DNA of 44,709 nt from an uncultured delta proteobacterium (lineage in GTDB: Bacteria > Myxococcota > Myxococcia > Myxococcales > Anaeromyxobacteraceae), in NCBI GenBank assembly GCA_963845515.1, contig CAWJSR010000051.1:1-44709 (forward strand), given 5' to 3'. A program made the position numbers and the translations under genes. Below are positions 32,696 through 42,429 of the stretch, piece by piece. The first letter of the stretch is position 1. Each line of letters opens with the position of its first letter. The notes under the pieces are model-generated. The model did no database searches. It was not told the origin of the DNA and saw only the letters and a program-made list of their open reading frames with translations.

Positions 32696-33751
32696 ATGAG
32701 CATGACGCCGCTACAGCGGCAGGCGGCCGAGGCACGCGGCGAGCCGATCGACCGGCTGCCCTGCGTCCCGATCGTCGGCAACACGGCGGCGCGCGTGATC
32801 GGCGTGCGAGTGGCCGACCTCCGGCGCGACGGCCGGCTCCTCGCGCGGGCGCAGGTCGCGGCGTACCGCCGCTTCCGGTACGACAACGTCCGCATCTTCA
32901 CCGACCTGTACACGCTGGCCGAGGCCATGGGCGCGAAGGTCGCCTGCCCGGAGGACGAGACCGCCTACCTCCAGGCACCCGCGATCGGCGATCTCTCCGA
33001 GATCGACGGACTACGCGTGCCCGACCCCCGTCGTGAGGGTCCCCTTCCGCAGCTGCTGGAGGCGATGAAGATCGCGCTGGACGAGATCGGCGGCGAGGTC
33101 GCGGTCACTGGCGCGCTCACCGGCCCCTTCACCAACGCGTCCTTCCTCGTCGGCGCGGACCGGCTCGCGCGCCTGACGCTTCGCGAGCCGGAGGTCGTCC
33201 ATCGGCTCTGCGAGCGCTCACTCGAGGCGGCGCTCCGGCTCGCGGATGCCATGCTCGACCTCGGGTGCACCCCGAGCCTCACCGACGCGATGTCCTCCTG
33301 CTCGGTGATCAGCCCCCGCACCTTCCGGGAGGTCTCGCTGCCATATCTCCGGCGGCTCGTGGACCACATCCACGCCCGCGGCAGGCGGGCGACCCTGCAC
33401 ATCTGCGGCGACACCCGGCGGATCTGGGACGCGATGGTGGAGACCGGCGCGGACTGCCTGAGCCTCGACTACGACGTCGACCTCGAGGCCGCCAAGGCCG
33501 AGGTCGGCGGGCGGGTCCGGATCATGGGAAACGTCCGGCCGTCGGAGGTGATGCTGCTGGGCACCCCGGCCGACGTCCGCGCCGCGGCGTTCGACTGTGT
33601 CGCGAAGTGCTGGGACAGCCCGAGAGGCTTCACCCTTGCCTCGGGCTGCAGCCTGCCCACGGAGACCCCTCTCGCCAACGTAGAGGCCATGATGGCGGCC
33701 GTCGCCGAGATCGGTTACCCGGTGGAGGCGGAGCGGCTGCGCGGCGCCTGA
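32696..33751 (+). CDS. MtaA-like methylcobamide:thiol methyltransferase #3
   Basis: DRLPCVP, AEAMG, TGPFTNA, HICG, GNVRP, ASGCSLP. Confidence 0.88.
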   Translation: MSMTPLQRQAAEARGEPIDRLPCVPIVGNTAARVIGVRVADLRRDGRLLARAQVAAYRRFRYDNVRIFTDLYTLAEAMGAKVACPEDETAYLQAPAIGDLSEIDGLRVPDPRREGPLPQLLEAMKIALDEIGGEVAVTGALTGPFTNASFLVGADRLARLTLREPEVVHRLCERSLEAALRLADAMLDLGCTPSLTDAMSSCSVISPRTFREVSLPYLRRLVDHIHARGRRATLHICGDTRRIWDAMVETGADCLSLDYDVDLEAAKAEVGGRVRIMGNVRPSEVMLLGTPADVRAAAFDCVAKCWDSPRGFTLASGCSLPTETPLANVEAMMAAVAEIGYPVEAERLRGA

Positions 33752-33755
33752 GGTC

Positions 33756-34562
33756 TCAGATCTGCTCGGCGAGCCCAGCGACGACGTTCGGGCCGTCGAT
33801 CTGGGCGATGACGTCGTGCCGGTAGTGGGCGGCGATGCGCTCCTCGAGATCCACGTATTCCCGGGCGGCGAAGAGCGACCGCCGCGAGCGTGGATAGGCG
33901 AAGGGGACGTCCAGGTCGGCGATGACGCGCCCCGGCGCGCTCCCGAGGACGACGACGCGGTTCCCCAGCAGCAGCGCCTCGTCGACGTCGTGCGTGACGA
34001 GCAGGACGGTCTTCCTCGGCGTCGACGCGCTCCAGATCTCGAGCAGCAGATCCTGGAGCCTGGCCCGATTGACCGGATCGAGCGCGCCGAAGGGCTCGTC
34101 CAGGAGGAGGAGCTCGGGACCGAGGGCGAACGCACGGGCGATCGCGCCGCGCTGGCGCATGCCCCCGGAGAGCTCGTGCGGGTGCTTGGAGCCGGCGCCG
34201 CCGAGCCCGACCAGCGTGAGGTACTCGTCCGCCAGCTCCCTGCAGGCGGGCCGTGAGAGGTCGGCGTGGGCCTTCCGGATCGCCAGCTCCACGTTCTGGC
34301 GAAGCGTCATCCACGGGAAGAGGGAGTAGTCCTGAAAGACGATCCCGCGCCGGATCGACGGTCCCGCTATCGGCGCCCCGCGCCAGCGGATCGTCCCTGC
34401 CGTCGGAGGCTCCAGGCCGGCGACGAGGCGAAGCAGCGTCGTCTTGCCCGAGCCGCTGGGGCCGAGCAGCGAGAGGAACTGGCCAGCGGGGACGGTGAGG
34501 TCGACGTCGGAGATCACCGGTCCGGCGCCGTACGCGAAGGAGAGGCTGCGCAGCTCTAGCAT
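33756..34562 (-). CDS. ABC transporter ATP-binding subunit (TauB/SsuB/NrtD-like)
   Basis: GPSGSGKT, VFQDYSLFPW, LSGGMRQR, LLLDEPFGALD, VTHDVDEA. Confidence 0.93.
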   Translation of the reverse strand: MLELRSLSFAYGAGPVISDVDLTVPAGQFLSLLGPSGSGKTTLLRLVAGLEPPTAGTIRWRGAPIAGPSIRRGIVFQDYSLFPWMTLRQNVELAIRKAHADLSRPACRELADEYLTLVGLGGAGSKHPHELSGGMRQRGAIARAFALGPELLLLDEPFGALDPVNRARLQDLLLEIWSASTPRKTVLLVTHDVDEALLLGNRVVVLGSAPGRVIADLDVPFAYPRSRRSLFAAREYVDLEERIAAHYRHDVIAQIDGPNVVAGLAEQI

Positions 34563-34632
34563 CGTGGGGTCCCTGAACGTGCGCGTCCCCGGGTGAGTCG
34601 ATCCGCGGAGCCGCGATTCCGTGAGACGGCAT

Positions 34633-34737
34633 ATCCGTTACGACGGATTGCGGTCAAGTCGCGCCCAACGGCCGCTGCTTCGTGGCATGGTTCGCGAGTC
34701 CGCTTGACGGGACGTCCGTCCGTTATCTAAGATGCGT
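34633..34737. promoter_or_regulatory. Palindromic operator and promoter between the divergent ABC genes
   Basis: ATCCGT-tacg-ACGGAT (34633-34648); GTCCGCTTGACG-18nt-TAAGAT-GCGT (34698-34737). Confidence 0.6.
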
Positions 34738-34847
34738 GTCGTCGCGGCCCGGGTGGCCAGACGAACGGCGGAGGGCGAACGGCGTCGGGACTGGCCGAGC
34801 GTCGCGCGCTTCGCAGCGGGGCAGTGAAGCCCCGGAAAGGGACTGAG

Positions 34848-35870
34848 ATGGCGTCGAGAGCGAGTCTTGGAGTGCTGATCGCAGCGCTGGCGGCCCTCGC
34901 TGCCGGGCCGGCGGCCGGCGCGGAGAAGGTCCGGATCGGCTACCTGCCGGTGACCGGCCACGCGAAGTTCTTCGTCGCGCAGGAGCAGGGCTTCTTCGCG
35001 AAGGAGGGGCTCGACGTCGAGCTGGTCGAGTTCGTCAACTCCGCCGATGGGCTCAACGCACTCGTGGCGGGGAAGCTCGATCTCGGCGCGTTCGGCACGA
35101 CGGCCCCCCTCGTGCATATCTCGCGCGGGACCGACCTCAAGATCATCGGCGGCGTGATGGGTGAGGATGCGGCCATCATCACGACCGTCGAGAAGGCGGC
35201 CGCCATCAAGGGAGTCTCGGACCTCAGGGGACGGAAGGTCGCGACGGTGCGGCTCGCGTCGGGGGATGCGGTGCTCCGCGGGGCGCTGCACGACGCCGGA
35301 ATCGACTGGAAGAAGGACCTGCAGATCTTCGAGCTCAAGAGCCCTCCCGCCGTCATCGAGGCGGTGAAGTCCGGCCAGGTCGACGCCGGCGTGGTCTGGG
35401 GGCCGCACGACTTCCGCGCCGAGGAGCAGGGGCTCCGGATCGTCTCGCGCTCGAACACGCTCCAGCCGGGGCACCCGTGCTGCCGCCTCACCATCCGCGC
35501 GGCCGCGCTGGGCGAGCGCGAGCGGTGGGTCAGGCTGGTGCGGGCCATCCTCCGCGCGGAGAGGTTCACGCGCGAGGACCATCCGCGTACGTTGGACGCG
35601 ATCGTCAAGTACCTGAAGCTCGATCGAGGGCTCGTCGAGAAGGCGTTCTACAGCGGGTTCCTGGAGCAGAACACCGATCCGAACCTGAAGGGGATCCGGC
35701 TCTTCTGGAAGACGATGCAGGAGAGCCAGTTCATCGACAGCAAGGAGGCGATCGATTCGCACGTCGAGCTCGGGGTCTACAAGGAAGCGCTCGATGGGCT
35801 CGCGAAGGAGAACCCGAAGGACTCCTTCTGGGCCGAGCTGCAGAAGAAGTACCGCGCACGCAATCTCTGA
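34848..35870 (+). CDS. ABC transporter substrate-binding protein (SsuA/TauA/NrtA-like)
   Basis: Signal peptide, VRIGYLP, GFFAKEGLDVEL, DLRGRKVA, HPCC. Confidence 0.88.
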   Translation: MASRASLGVLIAALAALAAGPAAGAEKVRIGYLPVTGHAKFFVAQEQGFFAKEGLDVELVEFVNSADGLNALVAGKLDLGAFGTTAPLVHISRGTDLKIIGGVMGEDAAIITTVEKAAAIKGVSDLRGRKVATVRLASGDAVLRGALHDAGIDWKKDLQIFELKSPPAVIEAVKSGQVDAGVVWGPHDFRAEEQGLRIVSRSNTLQPGHPCCRLTIRAAALGERERWVRLVRAILRAERFTREDHPRTLDAIVKYLKLDRGLVEKAFYSGFLEQNTDPNLKGIRLFWKTMQESQFIDSKEAIDSHVELGVYKEALDGLAKENPKDSFWAELQKKYRARNL

Positions 35871-35959
35871 CGAGCGGAGCGCCCGGAGAGGGGCCCGGCG
35901 GCCTCCGGTCGCCGGCCCTCTTCCGTAGGAGCGCGCGGAGCTCAACAGGCGGAACGCAC

Positions 35960-36776
35960 ATGTCCGATCTCACCACGACGGCGCCGCTCGCGACGGCCAG
36001 GCCGAGCGCCCCGGCGGGCGCGCGACGCCTGACGCTTCCCCGCGGAGCCGAGGCGCTGATCCTCTTCGCGCTCATCCTCGGAGCCTGGCAGCTCGCCACG
36101 TCACTCCGTCTCGCAGGAGGGCAACCCGCTCCTCCCGTCGCCGGCGGTCACGCTCCACGCGTTGAAGCAGTCGTTGCCGGAGCTGCTGCGCGGCACCTGG
36201 TCGTCACTCCTCATCCTCGTCCCCGGGTGGACCGCGGCCGTGGCGCTCGGGACGCTGGCGGGGCTCCTCGTGGGCACGACGGGCTGGCTCGCCCGCGCCT
36301 TCGTCCCGTTTGCACGGGTGGCCTCACCCGTCCCCCCGACCGTCTACATCCCGTACGCCATCGCGGTGCTCCCCACCTTCCGGCTCTCCGCGATCTTCGT
36401 CGTCTTCGTCGGAGGCTTCTGGCCGGTCTTCCTCAACACGGCGGCGGGCGTGCACGCGCTGGACGGGCGCCACAAGGACGGCGCGCGTGCGCTGGAGATC
36501 CGAGGCATCGAGTACCTCTGGCGCATCGTCCTGCCCGGCGCGCTCCCGCACGTCTTCTCGGGGATGTCGGTCGCGCTCGCGCTCGCCTTCATCCTCCTCA
36601 CGGTCGCGGAGCTGTTCGGCGCGAACGCCGGGCTCGGCCGCTTCGTCCAGTTCTACGCCGACTACGCCGACTACCCACGGATGGTCGCCGGCATCCTCTA
36701 CACCGGGGCGGTGACGTTCATCTCGATGTACCTCCTGGACCGCCTGAGAGCCAGGCTCCTCTTCTGGGTCCGCTGA
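35960..36776 (+). CDS. ABC transporter permease (SsuC/TauC-like; frameshift near 36115)
   Basis: SPVPPTVYIP, FWPVFLNTAAGV, LPGALPHVFSG, AELFGANAGLG. Confidence 0.88.
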
Positions 36777-36780
36777 CCGC

Positions 36781-38815
36781 TCACCCCCCGGTCAGCACGC
36801 GCACCGGCATCACCATGGCGTTGAGCCCGTCGAACTGGAGGCGGCGCTGTAGCTGGTAGGCGGTCTCGTTGTGGAGCAGCTTCTGGTACCAGCGCTCCCT
36901 CTGGAAGACGAGCTTGCCGGCGAAGAAGACGGAGCGCGGGTACTCCTTCGAGATGTCGACGCAGAGCTGCTCCGCCACCGCGGTCGCCTCGGTCCCCACC
37001 TCCATGCGGAGATCGGCGGCCAGCTTCAGCCGGTGCGCCAGGTCGACGTACTGCGCGAGCGCCTCGCGGGTCCGGAGCCGTACGCGATCCACCTCCTCGA
37101 CGCCCCTCATCGCCGCCGAGTCGATCACGCCGACCGAGACGAAGATGAAGTTCTTGAAGTGGCCGGGGAAGGTCCGCTGCACGGTGAGGAGCGCGTGCAC
37201 GCCGAGGCCACCGTACCCGCCGACGAGCAGCACCGCGGTCTGCGCCCTGGGATCGAGCGCCGGCCGCTCGCCTCCACCGTGCGGCGGGAGGGCCTCGAGG
37301 ATCCCGTCCAGCCTGGTCAGGCTCCCCTGCACGCTCCTGTAGTGCCGCCGGATGACGAAGCAGAGCGCGATCACGAGGCTCGTCACGACGATCGTCACCC
37401 AACCGCCCTCCTCTCCCTTCTCGTAGACGGTGCCCGCCAGGATGGACACGCAGAGGACGAAGGCCACGCCGTGGATGCCCAGGCCCCGCTTCCGGCCGGC
37501 CTCGCGGTGGCTCCACCAGTAGCGGAGCATGGCGAACTGCGAGAGCGAGAAGGTCACGAAGACGTTGATGGAGTACATCGTGACCAGCGTCAGGATGTCG
37601 CCACGGGACCAGAGGAGCGTCGCGAGCGAGGCGCCGCCCATCAGCAGCACGCCGTTCTGCATGGAGAGCCGGTCGGAGAGCTGCGCGAAGCGGTGCGGCA
37701 GCCAGGAGTCGGTGGCCATGTTGGCCATCACCCGCGGGCCGTCGATGAAGCCGGCCTGGGCCGCGACGACCAGGAGCGCCGCCTCGGCCGCGAGCGTCAC
37801 CACCACGAAGCCGCGACCCACCGCGACGCCGCCGACGCTCCAGCTGCCGGCGAACCGCTCGAGCAGCACCGCGTTCATCGTCTTCCCCTCCTCCGGCGCG
37901 ACGCGGAAGAGCAGGTAGAGGATCAGGATGCCGGCCGCGGTCACCGCCAGCGACAGGGCCATGTAGGTCATGGTCTTGCGCGCGGTGTGGACCTTCGGCT
38001 CGCGCATGATCTGGATGCCGTTCGAGACCGCCTCGATCCCGGTGTAGGTCCCGGCGCCCATCGAGTAGGCGCGCACGAAGACCGCGAGCAGCCCCATTGC
38101 CCCCACCTCCGCCACTCCAGCGCGGAAGCCGTGCCCGACCTCGGCGGCGAGGCGCGGGATCTCCGGCAGGTGCGTCCCCAGCCCCGTGACGATCAGGATC
38201 ACGTGGGTGACCACGAAGAGGCCGAAGATCGGGGCGAGGAAGGAGACCGACTCCTTCACCCCGCGCAGGTTCAGGATCACCAGGAAGCCGATGACGGCCG
38301 CCTCGGCGAGGAGCTTCCACCCGACCAGCCCCTGCGGGAGGAAGCTGAAGATGGCGTCGCCGCACGAGGCGATCGAGACCGAGATGGTGAGGACGTAGTC
38401 CACCACCAGCGCCGACCCCGAGACGACCCCCGCGCGCGGGCCGAGCAGCTCGGTCGCGACGACGTAGCCGCCGCCGCCGAAGGGGAAGCGCTTGATGATC
38501 TGCGAGTAGGCCAGCGAGATGACGAGGACGGTGATCCCGGTCGCGAGGGCGAGCCCGACGGCGAGGTACCCGTGGTGCCCCAGCGCGCGGAAGGCCTCGT
38601 CCGGACCGTAGGCGCTCGACGAGAGACCGTCCGCGCCGAGTCCCACCCAGGCCAGGAGCGCCACCAGCGAGATGTGGTGGTGCGTCCTCGGGTCCTGGAC
38701 GTCGCGCGGCGCCCCGAAGAGGAGGCGGTGAAGGCGCGACCGGCGGCGCCGGCGCGGCCGGGGCTGGAGTCGACGGCAGAGCGGGAGCGTCCACGCGCTC
38801 GGTTGGGAGGTTCAT
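36781..38815 (-). CDS. APC-family permease, KimA/YdaO-like putative K+ transporter (frameshift near 38720)
   Basis: ADGLSSSAYGPDE, SYxQII-like..GGGGYVVA, LVVDYVLTISVS, NLRGVKES, TGIEAVSNG, C-terminal LLHNETA. Confidence 0.85.
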
Positions 38816-38850
38816 GCGACCGTAAGATGCCGGGCGCGCCGTCAGACGTG

Positions 38851-39011
38851 CGTCAAGAGCCGGTCGCGCCGTGTCAGCGCGGCATCAAGGCACCAGCCAG
38901 TCTCCCCCCATTGGCTGGTCTTGATGCCTTCTTGATGGGGCAGAGGGGCGCCTTTACGCCCCCGCGACGGGCCGTGGCGTACGTTGGAGCCTGAGGGCGC
39001 GTGCTTGACGC
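38851..39011. promoter_or_regulatory. Repeated (T)CTTGAYG units, candidate OmpR/KdpE-type binding sites
   Basis: TCTTGATG at 38919 and 38930 (11-bp period), CTTGACG at 39004, inverted CGTCAAGA at 38851 and CATCAAG at 38883. Confidence 0.45.
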
Positions 39012-39056
39012 CGTCGACCCGGGGTGCGTGATTCGATTGAGCGAGGGAGCAGTGAC

Positions 39057-40587
39057 GTGACCGAGACGCGGTCCAACTTCGTCGAGCACCTCCGGGCGGT
39101 CGGGATCATCGCCGCGACCACCGCCGTGGCGGCCGGGACCCGGGAGCTCTTCCACGTCCCCGACATCGAGATGCTCTTCCTGCTCGGCGTGGTCATCACC
39201 GCGCTGACGAGCAGCCGCAGCGCGTCCCTCCTCGCGGCCGTCTTGGCGGTGGTGGCCTACGACTTCTTCTTCGTCCCGCCCCCCTTCACGCTCGACGTGG
39301 CCGACGCGCGCTACCTGCTCACCTTCGCGATGATGTTCGGCGTTAGCCTGGTCATCGCCACCCTCACCCATCGGCTCCGGGAGGGGCAGCGCGCCGCCTT
39401 CGTCCGGGAGCACCGCTCCACCGTCCTCTACACCCTCACGCGCGGCCTCGGCGCGGCGCCCGATGAGCGTGGCGTCGCGGAGGTCTGCGTCGAGGCGGCC
39501 GCCGCGGCCTTCGACGCGGAGGTGGTCTTCCTCCGGGTTCGCGACGAGCAGGTCACCCCCGTGGCGGCCATGCCCGCCACGACCCTGCTCGTGAGCTCCG
39601 AGCTGGAGGTGGCGCGTTGGGTCGTCGCGCGCGGGCAGCCGGCCGGGCTCGGCTCCGACGTGCTCGGCGCCGAGCCGGTCCTCTGTGCGCCAGTGCGAGC
39701 GTGGGGAGAGGTGGCCGCCGTCCTGGCCATCCGGCCGCGTGGCGGTCGGATCCCCGACTCCGATCAGCGCTCGCTGCTGGAGGCGATCGGCCGCCAGGCG
39801 GCCCTGGCGCTGGACAGGGTCCGGCTCTCGGACGAGGCGCGCCGGTCGACGCTCCGCGCGGAGAGGGAGCAGCTCCGCAGCGGGCTGCTCTCTGCGGTGT
39901 CGCACGACTTCCGCACGCCGCTCGCCGCGGTGGTCGGGGCGGCCACGACCCTGCGCGACGAGGCCGATGCACTCGACGGCGCCACCCGGCGCGAGCTGAC
40001 CGAGGCCATCTGCGACGAGGCCGAGCGGCTGGAGCGACTGGTCTCGAACCTGCTCGACATGACCCGGCTCGACTCCGGCGCCGTGGAGCCGAAGCGGGAG
40101 TGGGTTCCGCTCGACGAGGTGGTCGGGAGCGCGCTGGGACGCCTCGAGCGGCTGCTCGGCCGGGCGCAGGGTCACGACGACCATCCCGGCGGACGCGGCG
40201 ATGGTCTCCATCGATCCGATCCTCATCGAGCAGCTGCTCGTCAACCTGCTGGAGAACGCAGTCAAGTACACGCCGGCCGCCTCCGGAATCGAGCTGGGCG
40301 CCGCCCGCGAAGGGGCGACCGTCGTCCTGGAGATCTCGGATCGCGGCCCCGGGATCCCGGCCGGCGAAGAGGAGCGGATCTTCGAGCGGTTCCGCAGGGG
40401 CGCGCACCCGGGCGTGCGCGGCGTCGGGCTGGGCCTCGCGGTCTCACGGGCGATCGCGACCGCGCACGGAGGTACCCTCACGGTCGCCGCCCGTCCCGGA
40501 GGCGGTGCCACCTTCCGCCTGACCCTGCCCCTGCCGGCCGAGCCTCCGCCCTTCCCTTCCGAGGCAGGCGAAGGGAGCGCGACATGA
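39057..40587 (+). CDS. kdpD: KdpD-like sensor histidine kinase (DUF4118-GAF-HisKA-HATPase), short form; frameshift near 40165
   Basis: YDFFFVPPPFTL, LLSAVSHDFRTPL, LVSNLLDMTRL, NLLENAVKY, DRGPGI, GLGLA. Confidence 0.85.
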
Positions 40588-41285
40588 GCGAGAACGGGCC
40601 GCTGGTGCTGGTCGTCGAGGACGAGCCGCAGGTCTGCCGCTTCCTCCGGGCCGCCCTGTCCTCCCACGGGTTTCGCCTGCTGGAGGCCGGGACGCTCCGA
40701 GAAGCGGAGCAGCTCGCGACAGGCCACAACCCCGAGGTCTACCTGCTCGACCTCGGGCTGCCCGACGGCGACGGCATCGACCTGACCCGCCGCCTGCGCG
40801 AGTGGACCCACGCGCCGATCATCGTCCTGTCGGCGCGCGGGCGGGAAGAGGACAAGGTGAACGCGCTCGACGCCGGCGCGGACGATTACCTCACGAAGCC
40901 CTTCGGCGTGAACGAGCTGCTGGCCCGCTTGCGGGTGGCGCTCCGCCACTCGCACAGCGGCCCTGCCGAGGAGCCCGTGATCGAGGCCGGCCCGCTCCGG
41001 ATCGACCTGTCACGACGAGAGGTGACCATCGAGGGTCGCGAGGTGCGGCTCACCCCGACCGAGTACAAGCTGCTGGCGCTCCTCGCACGCCACGCCGGGA
41101 AGGTCCTGACCCACCGGCAGATCCTGCGCGAAGTCTGGGGCCCCAACGCCAGCGAGGCCCACTACGTCCGCGTCCACATGGCGGAGCTGCGCAAGAAGAT
41201 CGAGCCGGACCCGGCTCGACCGCGGCTGCTGGTCACCGAGCCCGGCGTGGGCTACCGGCTCAGGGACAGGATCGATGCGAGGTAG
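40584..41285 (+). CDS. kdpE: KdpE-like OmpR-family response regulator
   Basis: VVEDE, LDLGLPDGDG, PIIVLSAR, GADDYLTKPF, LTPTEY, GKVLTHRQIL, TEPGVGYR. Confidence 0.93.
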   Translation: MSENGPLVLVVEDEPQVCRFLRAALSSHGFRLLEAGTLREAEQLATGHNPEVYLLDLGLPDGDGIDLTRRLREWTHAPIIVLSARGREEDKVNALDAGADDYLTKPFGVNELLARLRVALRHSHSGPAEEPVIEAGPLRIDLSRREVTIEGREVRLTPTEYKLLALLARHAGKVLTHRQILREVWGPNASEAHYVRVHMAELRKKIEPDPARPRLLVTEPGVGYRLRDRIDAR

Positions 41286-41302
41286 GTTGCGGCACCCACG
41301 AA

Positions 41303-41346
41303 GGAAACGCCCCGCCCTCGTTTCCGAAGGCGGGGCGTCTCTCTTT
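41303..41346. terminator. Probable terminator between convergent kdpE and tRNA-Gln
   Basis: ACGCCCCGCC/GGCGGGGCGT stem with AAA on the left and CTCTCTTT on the right. Confidence 0.6.
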
Positions 41347-41386
41347 CCGGTCCGCGTTCCCTGGCAGGGAGGACCGCGGTGTGATG

Positions 41387-41457
41387 CTGGGGGACTAGGA
41401 TTCGAACCTAGATAGCCAGATCCAGAGACTGGCGTCCTGCCGTTAGACGATCCCCCA
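41387..41457 (-). tRNA. tRNA-Gln (anticodon CTG), CCA not encoded
   Basis: Reverse complement TGGGGGATCGTCTAACGGCAGGACGCCAGTCTCTGGATCTGGCTATCTAGGTTCGAATCCTAGTCCCCCAG. Confidence 0.95.
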
Positions 41458-41468
41458 AGATTCTGGGG

Positions 41469-41813
41469 TCACTTACCCTTCTTCACGAGGACGAAGACCC
41501 GGACGCGGCCCTTCAGCTCGTAGACGTTCAGCCCTTCCCACTGCCCCGGCTTCGCGTCGGGGTTCTGGATGTGGATGGCCTTCACCCCGGGCTGATCGGC
41601 GATGGGCCTTCTCGTGAACCGGGCGGAGTAGACCGTCCGGTAGTACTTCATGACCTCGTCGAAGTCCTTGTGAAGCCGGTACCGGTTCTCCCCGACCTGC
41701 TTGGCGTCGTCAGGGAGCGTGGCTCCGGCGACGTCGAGCGCGGCGGCGAGCCCCGGTGCGAGCAGCAGGAGGAACGCGACGACGGCGGGCTTATAGCGAG
41801 AGAGACGGCGCAC
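41469..41813 (-). CDS. Small hypothetical protein with signal-peptide-like N-terminus (start uncertain)
   Basis: AFLLLLAPGLAAA then ~85 aa with host-like codon bias. Confidence 0.6.
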   Translation of the reverse strand: MRRLSRYKPAVVAFLLLLAPGLAAALDVAGATLPDDAKQVGENRYRLHKDFDEVMKYYRTVYSARFTRRPIADQPGVKAIHIQNPDAKPGQWEGLNVYELKGRVRVFVLVKKGK

Positions 41814-41857
41814 GGTCAAGCGTTCGGTGTACCGGCCGGAGGGGCGCCCGTCAACGG

Positions 41858-42403
41858 CTACCTCCACACGCCGTAGGCGTCGCCGTGGTGGCCCGCCTCG
41901 CGAAGCACCAGCCCCTCGCGCTTCCAGGCCATCGCCGCCGCCGGGCCGACCCAGAAGCCCTTGGGGTCGCTCCGGCGCCACGACTTGTGGACGAAGTGGT
42001 GGATGTCCTCGAAGGTCTTCCGGAGGGTCAGCGGCTTCCCCTTCCGGCTGTTGGCGTCGTCGGTGATGTCGAGCTCGGCCCAGAGCCGCCCCGAGACCAG
42101 CTCCCCCTTCGCGTTCTTGAGCGAGCGCTCGTAGTGGATGACCGGCGAGGGGATCTCCTCGATCGCCATCATGCCCTTGTCCGGCCCGCGCTTGATGGGG
42201 TGAACGACGACCGGTCCCATGCGCTCCACGGCCAGGTAGTAGCCGTCCTTGTCGAGCGTCGCGACGACCGCCTCGTCCGCCTGCGGCGCCTTGTAGCCGG
42301 GCGGGATCAGCTCCGGATAGACGGTGACGCCGTGGGGGGCGAGGATCCGGAAGAAGGCGACCTCGTCCTCGTGGAGCATGAAGTAGTTGAGCGTGGCAGC
42401 CAT
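41858..42403 (-). CDS. Hypothetical protein
   Basis: MAATLNYFML.. ORF with strong GC3 bias; no recognised motif. Confidence 0.7.
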   Translation of the reverse strand: MAATLNYFMLHEDEVAFFRILAPHGVTVYPELIPPGYKAPQADEAVVATLDKDGYYLAVERMGPVVVHPIKRGPDKGMMAIEEIPSPVIHYERSLKNAKGELVSGRLWAELDITDDANSRKGKPLTLRKTFEDIHHFVHKSWRRSDPKGFWVGPAAAMAWKREGLVLREAGHHGDAYGVWR

Positions 42404-42429
42404 TTGGTTCCGGGCTTCGTTTGGCGGTT

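Noticed and set aside
27937..33751. Annotating the three URO-D-fold genes as hemE
   Set aside because: They lack the HemE RQAGR signature, carry the HxC...C Zn motif, and flank a corrinoid protein and RACo
34683..34697. Possible sigma54 -24/-12 promoter (TGGCATGG...)
   Set aside because: No TTGC at the required -12 spacing
35886..35925. GC-rich hairpin between binding-protein and permease genes as an ncRNA
   Set aside because: Most likely an ordinary intercistronic mRNA-stabilising stem-loop
38816..39056. c-di-AMP (ydaO) riboswitch upstream of the KimA-like gene
   Set aside because: Could not recognise the conserved core by eye; an Rfam/Infernal scan would be decisive
39024..41285. Apparent 753-aa KdpD-KdpE fusion ORF
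   Set aside because: The middle is out-of-frame sequence; the HATPase is in another frame (40201-40587) and kdpE has its own ATG at 40584 with an ATGA overlap
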